Part shown: piece after piece, positions 47,013 to 57,253 of the stretch
Numbering within the stretch: position 1 is the first letter of the stretch
Layout: each line of letters begins with the position of its first letter
NCBI GenBank assembly: GCA_018302125.1
Contig: JAGWAC010000001.1
Coordinates: 33,684-97,683 of the forward strand
Direction: 5' to 3'
Length of the DNA stretch: 64,000 bases
Source of the DNA: Candidatus Woesearchaeota archaeon
Lineage (GTDB): Archaea; Nanobdellota; Nanobdellia; SCGC-AAA011-G17; JACPIM01
Translations under genes and position numbers: made by a program
Notes under the pieces: generated by a model
The model's input: only the letters and a program-made list of their open reading frames with translations
The model's database searches: none
What the model was told of the DNA's origin: nothing

Positions 47013-47291
47013 CTAAAATAAAAGATTTTTTATTTTTTCAATATGGTCTGCTATTCTATCTCCATTTGCAGTTAATTTGATTGTTTTTATTCTACCAGAT
47101 TTTTCAAAATCAACTAATTTTGCTTTTTCCATTTCTTGTAAAATTTTTACAGCATGGGAATAAGTGCAATCAACTTCTTTTGCAAGAACTGAACCATATC
47201 TGTGTTTGTTCCCTTTTCTTAAAGCAACCAAAATCATAGCTGGTTTTTTTCGAAAAAAAACCTCGAAAATATCCTTCGGTACTTTTACCAT
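47013..47291 (-). CDS. small winged-HTH transcription regulator
   Basis: PAMILVALRKGNKHRYGSVLAKEVDCTYSHAVKILQEMEKAKLV resembles ArsR/TrmB-like HTH; 92 aa. Confidence 0.45.
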   Translation of the reverse strand: MVKVPKDIFEVFFRKKPAMILVALRKGNKHRYGSVLAKEVDCTYSHAVKILQEMEKAKLVDFEKSGRIKTIKLTANGDRIADHIEKIKNLLF

Positions 47292-47647
47292 TAAAGTTTC
47301 CCTCCCTCTTTCATAAGTACCCCTTTTTTATTTTTCATTTTTGATAAATTGTTACAGAAGGCAGGTTGTATTTAAATGTTTCTTTTTCAAAATCGATTTT
47401 TAAAAATAGAATTTAATAAATATATTTTTATTGTCCTTAATTTGTAACAAAAAAAGATTATCTGTTTAAAAATTTCCCATAATGCCACTTCAATAAACCT
47501 TAAATAATCTTCATAATCTTCCTACTTAGGGGGTTCATTCTTCTTTTACTAATACAAAAGAGGCTCGAGCATCTATTTAAAAATTAGGAATGCACAAGAG
47601 CCATATACCAAAAATTTTAAAAGGTTGTTCGCTTATTTTTAAATTTA

Positions 47648-48931
47648 ATGCTCGATATAAAATTTGTGAAAAGTAACCAGGAAGTCGTAAAAAAGAATCT
47701 AAAAAATAGAAATCAATTAGAAAAAATAAATTGGGTTGATGAAATAATAAAAAATTATGATAATTCTATAAAAATAAAAAAAGAATTGGATGAGCTAAGG
47801 CATAAAAGAAATGCAATTTCAGAAGAAATTAATTTGTTAAAAAAACAGGGAAAAGATATTTCTCAAAAAATAAAAGAAATTAAAGAACTACCCCACAAAA
47901 TAAAAGAGCTTGAAGAAAATTATGAACATCTCCAGTATGAAATAAAAGAAAAATTATCAAATTTGCCAAATATTTTGGACAATTCAGTTCCAGTTGGAAA
48001 AGATGAAAATGATAATAAGATAAAGAAAGTTGTCGGAAAAATTCCAAAGTTTAAATTTTCAGTTAAAGATCATACTGATTTGGCTTTAAATTTAAATGTT
48101 TTGGATATGGACAAAGCAGCCAAAGTTGCTGGTGCTCGTTTTTATTATTTAAAAAATGAACTAGTAAAATTAAATCAGGCATTAATTAATTTTGCTTTGG
48201 ATTTTTTAAAAAAGAAAAAATTCACTTTAATGCAGCCGCCATTTTTATTGAGAAAAGCAGCAATTTCAGGGGCAATAACCTTTTCAACATTTGAAGATAC
48301 AATCTATAAAATCGAAAATGAAGATTCATACCTTATTGGTACAGCAGAACATGCTTTAAATGCCTTTTATATGGATGAAGTTATTAATGAAGAACAGCTC
48401 CCAATTAGGTTGGCTGGAATTTCCCCTTGTTTTAGAAAAGAAGCAGGAGCTCATGGAAAAGACACAAAAGGAATTTTTCGAGTTCACCAGTTTGAAAAAA
48501 TAGAGCAATTCGTATTTTGTACACCAAAACAAGCTGAAAAAGAATTTAATTTTATCTTAAAAAATCTTGAAGAAATCTATAAAGCCTTAAAATTGCCTTA
48601 TAGGCTTTCATTATTATGCTCAGCAGATACAGGAAATGTTCCAGCCAAAACAATAGATCTGGAAGCTTGGTTTCCTGCACAAAAATTTTACAGAGAATTA
48701 GCTTCTTGTTCAAATTGCACTGATTATCAAGCAAGAAGATCAAATACAAAATATAAAACAAATAATGAAACAGAATTTGTATTTACTTTAAATAATACTG
48801 CAATTGCAACAGAAAGGACAATAGCCTGTATCCTTGAAAATAACCAGCAAAAAGATGGCTCAATAAAGATTCCAAAAGTTCTGCAAAAATATATTGGCTT
48901 TAAGGAAATAAAGGCAATAAAGAAAAGATAA
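47648..48931 (+). CDS. serS: seryl-tRNA synthetase
   Basis: N-terminal coiled-coil tRNA-binding arm and class II motifs (FRKEAGAHGKDTKGIFRVHQFEKIEQ, GSALAVGRT-like NNTAIATERT); 427 aa. Confidence 0.95.
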   Translation: MLDIKFVKSNQEVVKKNLKNRNQLEKINWVDEIIKNYDNSIKIKKELDELRHKRNAISEEINLLKKQGKDISQKIKEIKELPHKIKELEENYEHLQYEIKEKLSNLPNILDNSVPVGKDENDNKIKKVVGKIPKFKFSVKDHTDLALNLNVLDMDKAAKVAGARFYYLKNELVKLNQALINFALDFLKKKKFTLMQPPFLLRKAAISGAITFSTFEDTIYKIENEDSYLIGTAEHALNAFYMDEVINEEQLPIRLAGISPCFRKEAGAHGKDTKGIFRVHQFEKIEQFVFCTPKQAEKEFNFILKNLEEIYKALKLPYRLSLLCSADTGNVPAKTIDLEAWFPAQKFYRELASCSNCTDYQARRSNTKYKTNNETEFVFTLNNTAIATERTIACILENNQQKDGSIKIPKVLQKYIGFKEIKAIKKR

Positions 48932-48988
48932 TTTTTAAATTTTTGCTTAACTTTTCTAAAAATCTTAAAAGCATAAACCGAAAGCTTT

Positions 48989-49636
48989 TTGATTAAAAAG
49001 TTTCTTAAATCAAATATGTCTAAACACAAAAAACAATTCAAGTTATTGGCTGCAGGGGATTTTCATGGGGATAAATTAGCAGCAAAAAAACTGGCTGATT
49101 TAGCTGAAAAAGAAAATGTAGATCTGGTTGTATTAAATGGTGACTTAGTTGAAGAAGAAGATACTTCTGGAATTATTGGCCCCTTTGTTGCCAAAAATAA
49201 AAAAGTAATTATTCTCCCTGGAAATCATGAAACTATTGCAACAGCAGATTTTTTGGCTGAATTATATAATATTACTAATTTGCATGGTTATTATATGAAA
49301 TTTGGCGATATTGGTTTTTTTGGTTGTGGTGGTGCAAATGTTGGTCTGTCTCAGTTGACAGAGCAAGAAATATATGAAACTTTGAAAAAGGGTTTTGAAA
49401 AAATTAAGGACTTGCCAAAAAAAGTTATGATAACTCACGTTCATCCAGCAGATACAAAAATGGAGATGTTTTCTAAATTTGTAAAAGGAAGCAAAGGCTT
49501 GAAAAGAGCAATAGACAAGTTTAAACCAGATATCTTAATTTGTGGGCATGTACATGAAGCAGAAGGAATAGAGGAATTAGTTGGCAAAACAAGAGTTTTA
49601 AATGTAGGTAAAAACGGAAAAATTATTAATTTATAA
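48989..49636 (+). CDS. calcineurin-like metallophosphoesterase
   Basis: GDFHGD, LNGDLV, GNHE and GHVHE motifs; 215 aa. Confidence 0.8.
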   Translation: MIKKFLKSNMSKHKKQFKLLAAGDFHGDKLAAKKLADLAEKENVDLVVLNGDLVEEEDTSGIIGPFVAKNKKVIILPGNHETIATADFLAELYNITNLHGYYMKFGDIGFFGCGGANVGLSQLTEQEIYETLKKGFEKIKDLPKKVMITHVHPADTKMEMFSKFVKGSKGLKRAIDKFKPDILICGHVHEAEGIEELVGKTRVLNVGKNGKIINL

Positions 49637-49669
49637 ACATTTAAAAATAGGTGAGAAAAATAAAGAGTC

Positions 49670-49942
49670 ATGATTTTATTCAAGTTTCTCGGATTCCTGG
49701 ATATTGTTTCAGCTTTGGTAATTCTTGTTCTTAAATTTGGTTTCTTTGTTGATTTAGGAATCTTGCTTTCAATTTATTTAGCAATTAAAAGCATAATCTT
49801 CATAAAAGATGCAGCTAGCATTATTGACCTGGTGACTGCTGTATTTTTCTTTTTAGCTGCATTTGGATACTATTTTAGTTTTACTTGGATATTTGCAATC
49901 TGGTTGCTGCAGAAAGGATTATTCACTTTAATTTACAACTAG
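49670..49942 (+). CDS. small membrane protein (90 aa, 3 TM)
   Basis: ORF only; hydrophobic. Confidence 0.3.
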   Translation: MILFKFLGFLDIVSALVILVLKFGFFVDLGILLSIYLAIKSIIFIKDAASIIDLVTAVFFFLAAFGYYFSFTWIFAIWLLQKGLFTLIYN

Positions 49943-49990
49943 CTTAAATCCAAAATTTTTCCACAAGAAATAATAACCTTTTCTAAATTT

Positions 49991-50750
49991 TTATTTATTA
50001 TGTCTGTAAAAATAATTTATTAAAATTGTTAATGCAGCTATTAAAGACAATATTAACACAATAAATCCATTTACAAAATTCAACAAAAAAGCGCTTAATA
50101 AAACAAAAACAAAACTAAATATGTATAATAATTTAGAGCCAAAAAAAACCTTTATTCCATCTAATCCAGGGAAAGGAAGCATGTAACTTACTGCTGTTGT
50201 CGCACAAACAAGAACAAGACCATCTAAAGAATTTAATTCCAAACCTTTGATTAAAATTGCTAATAAGATAGTCGCCATTGAACCTGAAACAGCAATTTTT
50301 GCTTCTTCAAACTCAGTTAATTTTGTTAAAACTCTTCCCAATCTGTAAGCTGGATTTATTGTAAAAGCAGAAGAGATAATTCCTGCAAAAAATAATCCGC
50401 CAGAAGATAAAAAAGTAATTAGTAAAGGAATAATAATTCCTAAGGGAATTTTTTTTATTTTTATTGTATAAGATCCAAATTTAATTGGTCTTAAATATGC
50501 TCCCTTAGTATAACCAAATCTTTGTATACTCCAGAAATTATAATTTATACTGGTTCCGTATTTACTGGCAATAAAATATTGTGCTCCAGCATAAACAGCT
50601 AAAGTAATTAAGCTAAAAATTACAAATTTAAAAAAATTTAAAACCCAATTTGCAAAAACAAATATAAGTTCTTTATCATCAAAACCAAATACAAATCCAC
50701 TTATTAAAGCAGCTGCAAATAAAACAATTAAATCTTTTCTAGTAATTTTA
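49991..50750 (-). CDS. polytopic membrane protein resembling a catalytically degenerate site-2 protease (M50-like)
   Basis: The listed ORF starts at TTG 50341, but the protein-like frame extends upstream to about 50750 (DKITRKDLIVLFAAALISGFVF...). LAVYAGAQYFIASKYG aligns to the HExxH...G region of M50 with H, E and H replaced. The LPFPGLDG motif is conserved. Confidence 0.4.
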
Positions 50751-51399
50751 TCTCACCTAATATATCTTTTTCATGCCCTGCGCCGATAACAGCTACAATT
50801 TTACCATCAGGATATTTTTGCATTAATTTGTGTAGATTTTGTGCCATATATATATTTCTCTCTTTGATGATAGTTAAGTAAAAAGAGGGGTAATCCTTTT
50901 TTATTTTGTCAATTATTTTTTTAATTTCTCTTTGTGAAGGCACTTTTTTAATGTCAAAATTAGTTTCATTTCCAAAAAACAAGTCTTTAATAAACCTGAA
51001 TTTTTCTTTTCTTGTAATCCTTGATAAAAGTTGGTTTATTGTAAACTTAATATCTTGATCAATCAATACTAAATTAATATTAAGCTTCTTTGATAAATTA
51101 ATTGCCATCTTCATTTCAGATCCTGGTTCTACCCCGACTTTTTTGCCCATTTTCTTCTCAAACCAGGCCCCAATTAAATTTAATAAAAACCCCTTTAAAC
51201 CCAAATTCCTAATATCTTTGAAACTAATCCTGCTCTTTTTTTTATTTTCCAATAAACTAAGTCTTCTCCTGTCTAGCTCAATAGCAACAAATCTAGGTCT
51301 GACTTTTAAGATAGTCTTCTCAACTTCTTTCACGCTATCTTTTGAGATATGGGAAGTCCCGATTAAGTATAAGTTTTTGTACTTCATATTGTAAAACAA
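50728..51399 (-). CDS. TraB/PrgY/GumN-family protein
   Basis: LIGTSHISKDS...AVIGAGH motifs; 223 aa. Confidence 0.7.
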   Translation of the reverse strand: MFYNMKYKNLYLIGTSHISKDSVKEVEKTILKVRPRFVAIELDRRRLSLLENKKKSRISFKDIRNLGLKGFLLNLIGAWFEKKMGKKVGVEPGSEMKMAINLSKKLNINLVLIDQDIKFTINQLLSRITRKEKFRFIKDLFFGNETNFDIKKVPSQREIKKIIDKIKKDYPSFYLTIIKERNIYMAQNLHKLMQKYPDGKIVAVIGAGHEKDILGEIKLLEKI

Positions 51400-51424
51400 A
51401 AATATTTAAATACTTAAAAGGTTT

Positions 51425-51742
51425 TTGCAAATAAATAAGAGGTATAAAATGGCTTTAGCAATAAAAAAAGTAAGTGATATTTATGAAATGAAAGTTTTCA
51501 CAGATAATGGTGATTACTTCGGCGATGTTGAAGAAAGCATAATTACAACTTCTAAGGTTTTTGGCTGGAAAATAAAAGCAACTAAAAATTCTGCTTTAAG
51601 TCAGCTTATAGGCGGTGCTAAAGGAGTTATTGTACCACACCAATTAGTAAAGGCAATTGGTGGCATAATGATAATTAGCCGGGCAGCAATACCTGCTTTT
51701 GATGATCGAGAAATTAAGGAATTAGAGCAGCAACAAAATTAA
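51425..51742 (+). CDS. PRC-barrel domain protein
   Basis: Second PRC-barrel-like small protein; 105 aa. Confidence 0.45.
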   Translation: MQINKRYKMALAIKKVSDIYEMKVFTDNGDYFGDVEESIITTSKVFGWKIKATKNSALSQLIGGAKGVIVPHQLVKAIGGIMIISRAAIPAFDDREIKELEQQQN

Positions 51743-52082
51743 TTAAGGAATTCTAAAATAAGATAAAGCAGTATCTATATTTAATTCCCCCTTGCTTACT
51801 TCATATAATTTGGTCCTGTTTTCTGTTAATTTATTCTCAACTAAATAATTTGCATGAACAAAATATCATTGACTCACATTTTCCTTATCTTTCTCTAATT
51901 TTAGTTTTATTTTTTTCTCTAAAAATATTCTTTTTTTTAATTGATTTTATCTGTTTCTTCTTGCAATTTTCTTGAAGTCTCTTTTAGAAAGTTTTTGGGG
52001 TTTTTGTTCAAATAAATTGGGGGCTCTACATCAAAGAAATTAGATAGCAATCTTTATATACTTAATTCCTCTTTTTAAATTT

Positions 52083-52637
52083 ATGCCTTCACCATTAGAA
52101 ATAGCAGTTAATTTTTTAAAAGATTTTGGTTTTTTTGATATACTTCTTCCCTTTTTACTAGTTTTTACAATTGTATTTGCTATTTTAGAAAAAACAATGA
52201 TATTGGGACAGGAAAATAATAAGCCCAAGAAAAACATAAATGCTATGGTTGCATTTTCTATTGCTTTGTTTGTTGTTGCAGCAAGCAATATTGTTGCTGT
52301 TTTGCAGCAGTCTTTGCCAATGGTAACTTTGGTTTTGATTGTGATTGTGAGTTTTATGCTTTTGATGGGGAGTTTTATGGGTACAGGAGAATTTTCCTTC
52401 AAAGATTATAAATATACAAAATATTTTCTAGTTTTTTTCTTAATTGTTGGAATTTCATTAATTTTTTTAGGTGCAATAGAATCTGAAAATGGAGATAGTT
52501 GGTTAAGAGTAATATGGGATTATGTCCAGGAAAACTGGTTTACTGGTCCTGCCTTTTCAGGCATAATCTTTTTAATAATAATTGTCCTTGTCATAATTTA
52601 TGTTTTGGATGCTTTCCCTGGGGCTGAAAATCATTAA
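52083..52637 (+). CDS. polytopic membrane protein, paralog 1 of a tandem triplet
   Basis: N-terminus ...FLKDFGFFDILLPFLLVFTIVFAILEK is conserved with the next two ORFs. Confidence 0.45.
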   Translation: MPSPLEIAVNFLKDFGFFDILLPFLLVFTIVFAILEKTMILGQENNKPKKNINAMVAFSIALFVVAASNIVAVLQQSLPMVTLVLIVIVSFMLLMGSFMGTGEFSFKDYKYTKYFLVFFLIVGISLIFLGAIESENGDSWLRVIWDYVQENWFTGPAFSGIIFLIIIVLVIIYVLDAFPGAENH

Positions 52638-52649
52638 AAAAGAGGAAAA

Positions 52650-53216
52650 ATGTCTTTATATGAAATTGTAACAACATTTGAATCAATTGGTGTTTTTGAT
52701 ATAGCTCTGCCATTTCTTTTAGTATTTACTATAACTTTTGGTATTCTTCAAAAAATTAAGTTATTTGGAACAAATAAAAAAAATATTGATTTGATTGTTT
52801 CTTTAGTTCTTGCTTTTTTGGCAATAAGAAATCTTTTCTTTATAGATATGTTAAACAGATTCTTGCCAAATGTAGCTATGTTGTTAATAATTATATTGAT
52901 GTTCTTGTTATTTTTAGGTACTTTTGGTGGAGTGTCATCTGGTTTTCAGGGGGTAATGGCCATACTAGCCTTATTATTTTCAGCAATTGCAGTTTTGCTT
53001 GCTTTAGGTTCAGATCTTTTACTGGGTTACGGTTTTATCATGCCTCCATTTTTAACTGATTTTTTGTATGATTATCAAACAAGAGCAACTCTCTTGTTTA
53101 TAGGTGGAATGGTGATTGTAATATTATTGGCAACCCAGTCAGGAAATAGTCAAACCACTTGGACGCAATGGTTGCAGGAAAGAGCTCAGGAATTAGGCTT
53201 TGGGAGAAATAGATAA
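52650..53216 (+). CDS. polytopic membrane protein, paralog 2
   Basis: ...FESIGVFDIALPFLLVFTITFGILQK. Confidence 0.45.
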   Translation: MSLYEIVTTFESIGVFDIALPFLLVFTITFGILQKIKLFGTNKKNIDLIVSLVLAFLAIRNLFFIDMLNRFLPNVAMLLIIILMFLLFLGTFGGVSSGFQGVMAILALLFSAIAVLLALGSDLLLGYGFIMPPFLTDFLYDYQTRATLLFIGGMVIVILLATQSGNSQTTWTQWLQERAQELGFGRNR

Positions 53217-53743
53217 TGGCAACAATACTTTCAACAAATTTACTTCAGTTTTTCATGCCGATAGTTATCTTCATATTTATATTTACTGTCTTTTTTGCAA
53301 TTTTAAATAAAATAAAATTATTTTCTGATAATAAGCCGATAAATTCGCTTATTGCTTTTTCAGTTACAATTTTATTCATAGTGGTTCCAGAAGCCCGCCA
53401 GATTATTGAATTTGCAACGCCATGGTTCATAATTTTTGTAGTTTTTGGCATGTTGATGATTTTAGCATTTATGTTTTTAGGGGTAGAACCTGATTTTATA
53501 AGGGAGGTTGCAAAGGAAAACGCAATTGTTCTTGGCGTTGTAATTGGCGGCACTATTTTAATTTTTTTAGTTTCTTTTTCTCAAGTATTCGGTCCATCAA
53601 TAATTCAATATCCAGCAGCAGGAGAAACAAGTGTTTTGGCTTTATTGAGAAAGACTGTATTACATCCAAAAATTTTGGGTTTGTTAGTATTGTTAATAAT
53701 TGCTAGTGAAGTTATAAGAAGAGTCAGTTATTCACAAAAATAA
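53216..53743 (+). CDS. polytopic membrane protein, paralog 3
   Basis: ...LLQFFMPIVIFIFIFTVFFAILNK. Start overlaps the stop of paralog 2. Confidence 0.45.
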   Translation: MATILSTNLLQFFMPIVIFIFIFTVFFAILNKIKLFSDNKPINSLIAFSVTILFIVVPEARQIIEFATPWFIIFVVFGMLMILAFMFLGVEPDFIREVAKENAIVLGVVIGGTILIFLVSFSQVFGPSIIQYPAAGETSVLALLRKTVLHPKILGLLVLLIIASEVIRRVSYSQK

Positions 53744-53835
53744 AAAGGAATGATTCTGAAAAACTTTTTCTTATTAAACAAATTATTCAAGAAAGGTTGT
53801 GAAAAATATCAAAAAGAAGAATATGACAACTAAGT

Positions 53836-54498
53836 TTATTTTTCTCCCTTAAGTTCTTTTGTAATCCTTGATAATTCTTTGATGTTTGTTGTCAGAGGAG
53901 TCATTATTTTTTGGAAAACCTGCTCAAGAACTTTCATTTCATTTCCAATATTTACAATATTTCTGTCATATTGTGAAATTTTTCCCAAAACTGCTTTTTC
54001 AATATTTTCAAACCTGTGCTCTAGTCTTATTAATTCTTGTTTAATAGAAACAACATCTGTTCTAACTCTTTCCTTCCAAACATCTAAATTTCCAATTCTA
54101 TCTATTGTAGTTTTCCATTTTTCATCTATAATTTGTTCAATCAAAGTTTCAACATCATCTAATCCAGATCTTGATCCCTGGAAATCTCCATGAAATGTAA
54201 CTCCTGAAAATCCACCACCAAATCCTCCATTAGAAGAACTTGTTGTTGATCCCTGTGGTTCATCTGGTTCATTCATCAAAGAAGGCTTTAATCCTGGTTC
54301 AGGCGCTTCATCTAAACCAGAAGTTTCTTCTGTATTTTCCTGTGCAGTTAATTGTTTCTGATTAATTGCATCATCTATTTGTACGCTATTATATCCTTCT
54401 TTTTTTAAAGAATTATAAATTTGAGGATTAGAAAGACCCTGATCTTGTAATTCTCCAACTCTCTCTGAAATATCATTATTATTTATCAGATTTATCAC
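53836..54498 (-). CDS. hypothetical protein with acidic low-complexity N-half and coiled-coil C-half
   Basis: ORF only; transcribed divergently from the secretion ATPase. Confidence 0.35.
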   Translation of the reverse strand: MINLINNNDISERVGELQDQGLSNPQIYNSLKKEGYNSVQIDDAINQKQLTAQENTEETSGLDEAPEPGLKPSLMNEPDEPQGSTTSSSNGGFGGGFSGVTFHGDFQGSRSGLDDVETLIEQIIDEKWKTTIDRIGNLDVWKERVRTDVVSIKQELIRLEHRFENIEKAVLGKISQYDRNIVNIGNEMKVLEQVFQKIMTPLTTNIKELSRITKELKGEK

Positions 54499-54916
54499 CT
54501 TCTTCTTTAATCAGTTTTTCTTTTTTTATTAAATTTAATTTATTTTTTGCTGGGGCTTTTTCCAAAAGCTTTCTTTCAATTATTTTTTCAACTTCTTCTT
54601 CTGTTACAAATTCTAATGGGTTCCACAAATTAATATACTTTTCCAAAACTTTAATGTCGTTTTTCTTTGCAAAAAAATCAGTTTCTCTCAAAAATCCATT
54701 TAGAGCCTGTTTTATTGTGTATAATTCTTCTTTCAATTTTTTTATTTCAGAGTTTAAGATGCTTATTTCTTTGCCTAATCTCTTGTATTCCTCTATGCTG
54801 TTTTGGTTTACTGTTAAAAGATGTTCAGATAATAAGCTGTTCTTGCTTTCTAAACTTCTTAATTTGCTGTTAATATCAGAAATTACATCATTTGCATTTT
54901 GGGTAATTAGGGCCAT
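54479..54916 (-). CDS. coiled-coil protein (145 aa)
   Basis: Heptad-rich; overlaps the downstream ORF by 20 nt. Confidence 0.35.
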   Translation of the reverse strand: MALITQNANDVISDINSKLRSLESKNSLLSEHLLTVNQNSIEEYKRLGKEISILNSEIKKLKEELYTIKQALNGFLRETDFFAKKNDIKVLEKYINLWNPLEFVTEEEVEKIIERKLLEKAPAKNKLNLIKKEKLIKEEGDKSDK

Positions 54917-54979
54917 TATATTTTCACCAAATTTATATATTGTTAACTTATTATATAAAAAATATCATATTTAAAACTA

Positions 54980-57253
54980 TTGTTAAAAAGAGATCTTATG
55001 GCAGCTCCTGTTCAAAAAGAGTATGAAATTGTGAGGGAAGGACAAGAAGAAGTTCTAAAAATAGATGCATCTAAATGGCCTTATTCTCCTTCTGTTGAAG
55101 AAAATCCAGTAGTAATGTCTAAAGTGATTGAAAAATTAGTTGAATTTCCCTCTTCAGTAAGACTTATTCTGATTCAAAAAAGAAATTATGAATATGATTA
55201 TGAGCAAACCCAGGCCTTGATTGAAATTGCAAATATATACAAGCATATGACAAAGCAAAAAAGAATCTTGGCATTAAAAACAACAGACGTTTCCTCAGAA
55301 TCATTTAGAAATAAAGCTTTGTCATTACAATACCTGATCTTTACATTATTAAAAGCAGATCCTTTGGGAACTTATGTTGAAGCAAGAAGATTGGCAAGAG
55401 AAACAAGGATCTATCTTGCGAAAGAAAAAGACCAAAATCAGTTAGTTGAAGAGCAGGATTTCTTGACTAAATTAGAATACATAGCAAGGGTTTTAGGCAA
55501 AACAAATTTAATCAAATTATTTGAAGATCAGTTAGGGGGTTATGTAGTTGGCTCAAGAGAATTATACAAACAATTCTTTAAGCCTAATATTACTCCAATT
55601 TTTCTTTTTACAAAAATATCTACAAAAATTCCAGAGCAGTCAAAGCAATTGGATTCTTATTCTTTAAGAAATACAGATGTTTTTATTTACAAAATAAAGG
55701 AGGATGTTAAAAATTATTACAGGCTAATTCCACCAGAATTAAAATTAACAGAAGATCAGTATGAAATATTGAATGTTGCAAGAAAAGTCTTGTCAGAACA
55801 TAAACCAAAGGATGAGGAATTCCTGGATCCTCAAAGATTAAGAAGAACTTTTTATAATATTGGGCGTGACTTGTTAATTGATCTGTTAAATAATAAAAAT
55901 ATTGAAATGCCATTGGAGGCAATCAATGAATTAGCTAAAATATTAGTAAGATACACAATAGGTTTTGGTGCTATAGAATTATTGTTGCAAGATCAAAAAA
56001 TCCAGGATATTGTAGTAAATAGCCCGATTGGACAAACACCCATATTTATAGTTCACGAAGATTTTAGTGATTGTGTTACAAATATAATTCCTAGTTCAGA
56101 AGATGCTGAAAGCTGGGCAACTAAATTCAGATTATTATCTGGAAGACCATTAGATCAGGCTAATCCAATTTTAGATACAGAGTTGTCAATCCCAGGAGCA
56201 AGGTCAAGAGTTGCTGTTATTTCCGAACCTTTAAGCAGATTGGGTTTAGCTTATTCTTTCAGAAGACACAGAGATAATCCCTGGACTTTGCCATTATTCA
56301 TGAAAAATAAAATGATTAATTCTTTAGGTTCTGCATTAATAAGTTTTTTATTTGATAATTCTAGAAGTGTACTTTTTGCAGGATCTAGATCAAGTGGAAA
56401 AACCTCGATTTTAGGGGCTTCTTTATTTGAGATCATGAAAAAATATAGGATTTTAGTAATTGAAGATACAGAAGAAATTAATACAGAAGCAATGAGAAAA
56501 ATAGGATATAATATTCAGTCAATGAAAGTTCGTTCTGCTTTGTCCCATTCCTCAACAGAAGTTCCTGCAGACGAGGGAATTAGAACTGCATTAAGATTAG
56601 GAGATTCTGCAATAATTGTGGGTGAAATTAGAAGCACAGAATGTTTATCTTTGTATGAAGCAATGAGAATAGGTGCAGCAGCAAATGTTGTTGCAGGAAC
56701 TATACACGGTGATAGTCCTTATGGTGTATTTGACAGAGTTGTGAATGATTTAAAAGTTCCTCGAACTTCTTTCAAAGCAACAGATATTATCATAATCTCA
56801 AATCCAGTAAAAAGTCCAGATGGGCTTCATAAATTTAGGAGAGTTCTTTCAATTACAGAAGTAAGAAAACATTGGGAAAAAGATCCTCTAAAAGAAAAAG
56901 GTTTTGTAGATTTAATGAAATACAATCCTAAAACAGATCAGTTGGAGCCTACAGATGATTTAATTAATGGTGATTCTGAAGTTCTTAAATCAATAGCATC
57001 AAATACAAAAGAATGGTCTTCTGATTGGAATGCTTTATGGGAAAATATTTTGTTGAGGGCAAAAATAAATCAGGCTTTAGTTGATACTTCTTTAAGCTTA
57101 AACCTGCCCAAAGTTTTGGAAGCAGAATTCATAGTAAGATCCAATGATGCTTTCCATAAAATTATTGAGCAAGTAAAAGAGGAAACAGAATCTTTAGATA
57201 ATGAAAAAATTTATTCTTTATGGGCAGACTGGTTAAAGAGAGAAACGAAATGA
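54980..57253 (+). CDS. type II/IV secretion system ATPase (FlaI/TadA/VirB11 superfamily) with long N-terminal extension
   Basis: Four family hallmarks are present. GFGAIELLLQDQKIQDIVVNSP is the N-domain signature. Walker A is GSRSSGKTS. Asp/Glu box is ILVIEDTEEI. The His box is DSAIIVGEIRSTECLSLYEAMRIGAAANVVAGTIHG. Length 757 aa. Confidence 0.85.
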   Translation: MLKRDLMAAPVQKEYEIVREGQEEVLKIDASKWPYSPSVEENPVVMSKVIEKLVEFPSSVRLILIQKRNYEYDYEQTQALIEIANIYKHMTKQKRILALKTTDVSSESFRNKALSLQYLIFTLLKADPLGTYVEARRLARETRIYLAKEKDQNQLVEEQDFLTKLEYIARVLGKTNLIKLFEDQLGGYVVGSRELYKQFFKPNITPIFLFTKISTKIPEQSKQLDSYSLRNTDVFIYKIKEDVKNYYRLIPPELKLTEDQYEILNVARKVLSEHKPKDEEFLDPQRLRRTFYNIGRDLLIDLLNNKNIEMPLEAINELAKILVRYTIGFGAIELLLQDQKIQDIVVNSPIGQTPIFIVHEDFSDCVTNIIPSSEDAESWATKFRLLSGRPLDQANPILDTELSIPGARSRVAVISEPLSRLGLAYSFRRHRDNPWTLPLFMKNKMINSLGSALISFLFDNSRSVLFAGSRSSGKTSILGASLFEIMKKYRILVIEDTEEINTEAMRKIGYNIQSMKVRSALSHSSTEVPADEGIRTALRLGDSAIIVGEIRSTECLSLYEAMRIGAAANVVAGTIHGDSPYGVFDRVVNDLKVPRTSFKATDIIIISNPVKSPDGLHKFRRVLSITEVRKHWEKDPLKEKGFVDLMKYNPKTDQLEPTDDLINGDSEVLKSIASNTKEWSSDWNALWENILLRAKINQALVDTSLSLNLPKVLEAEFIVRSNDAFHKIIEQVKEETESLDNEKIYSLWADWLKRETK

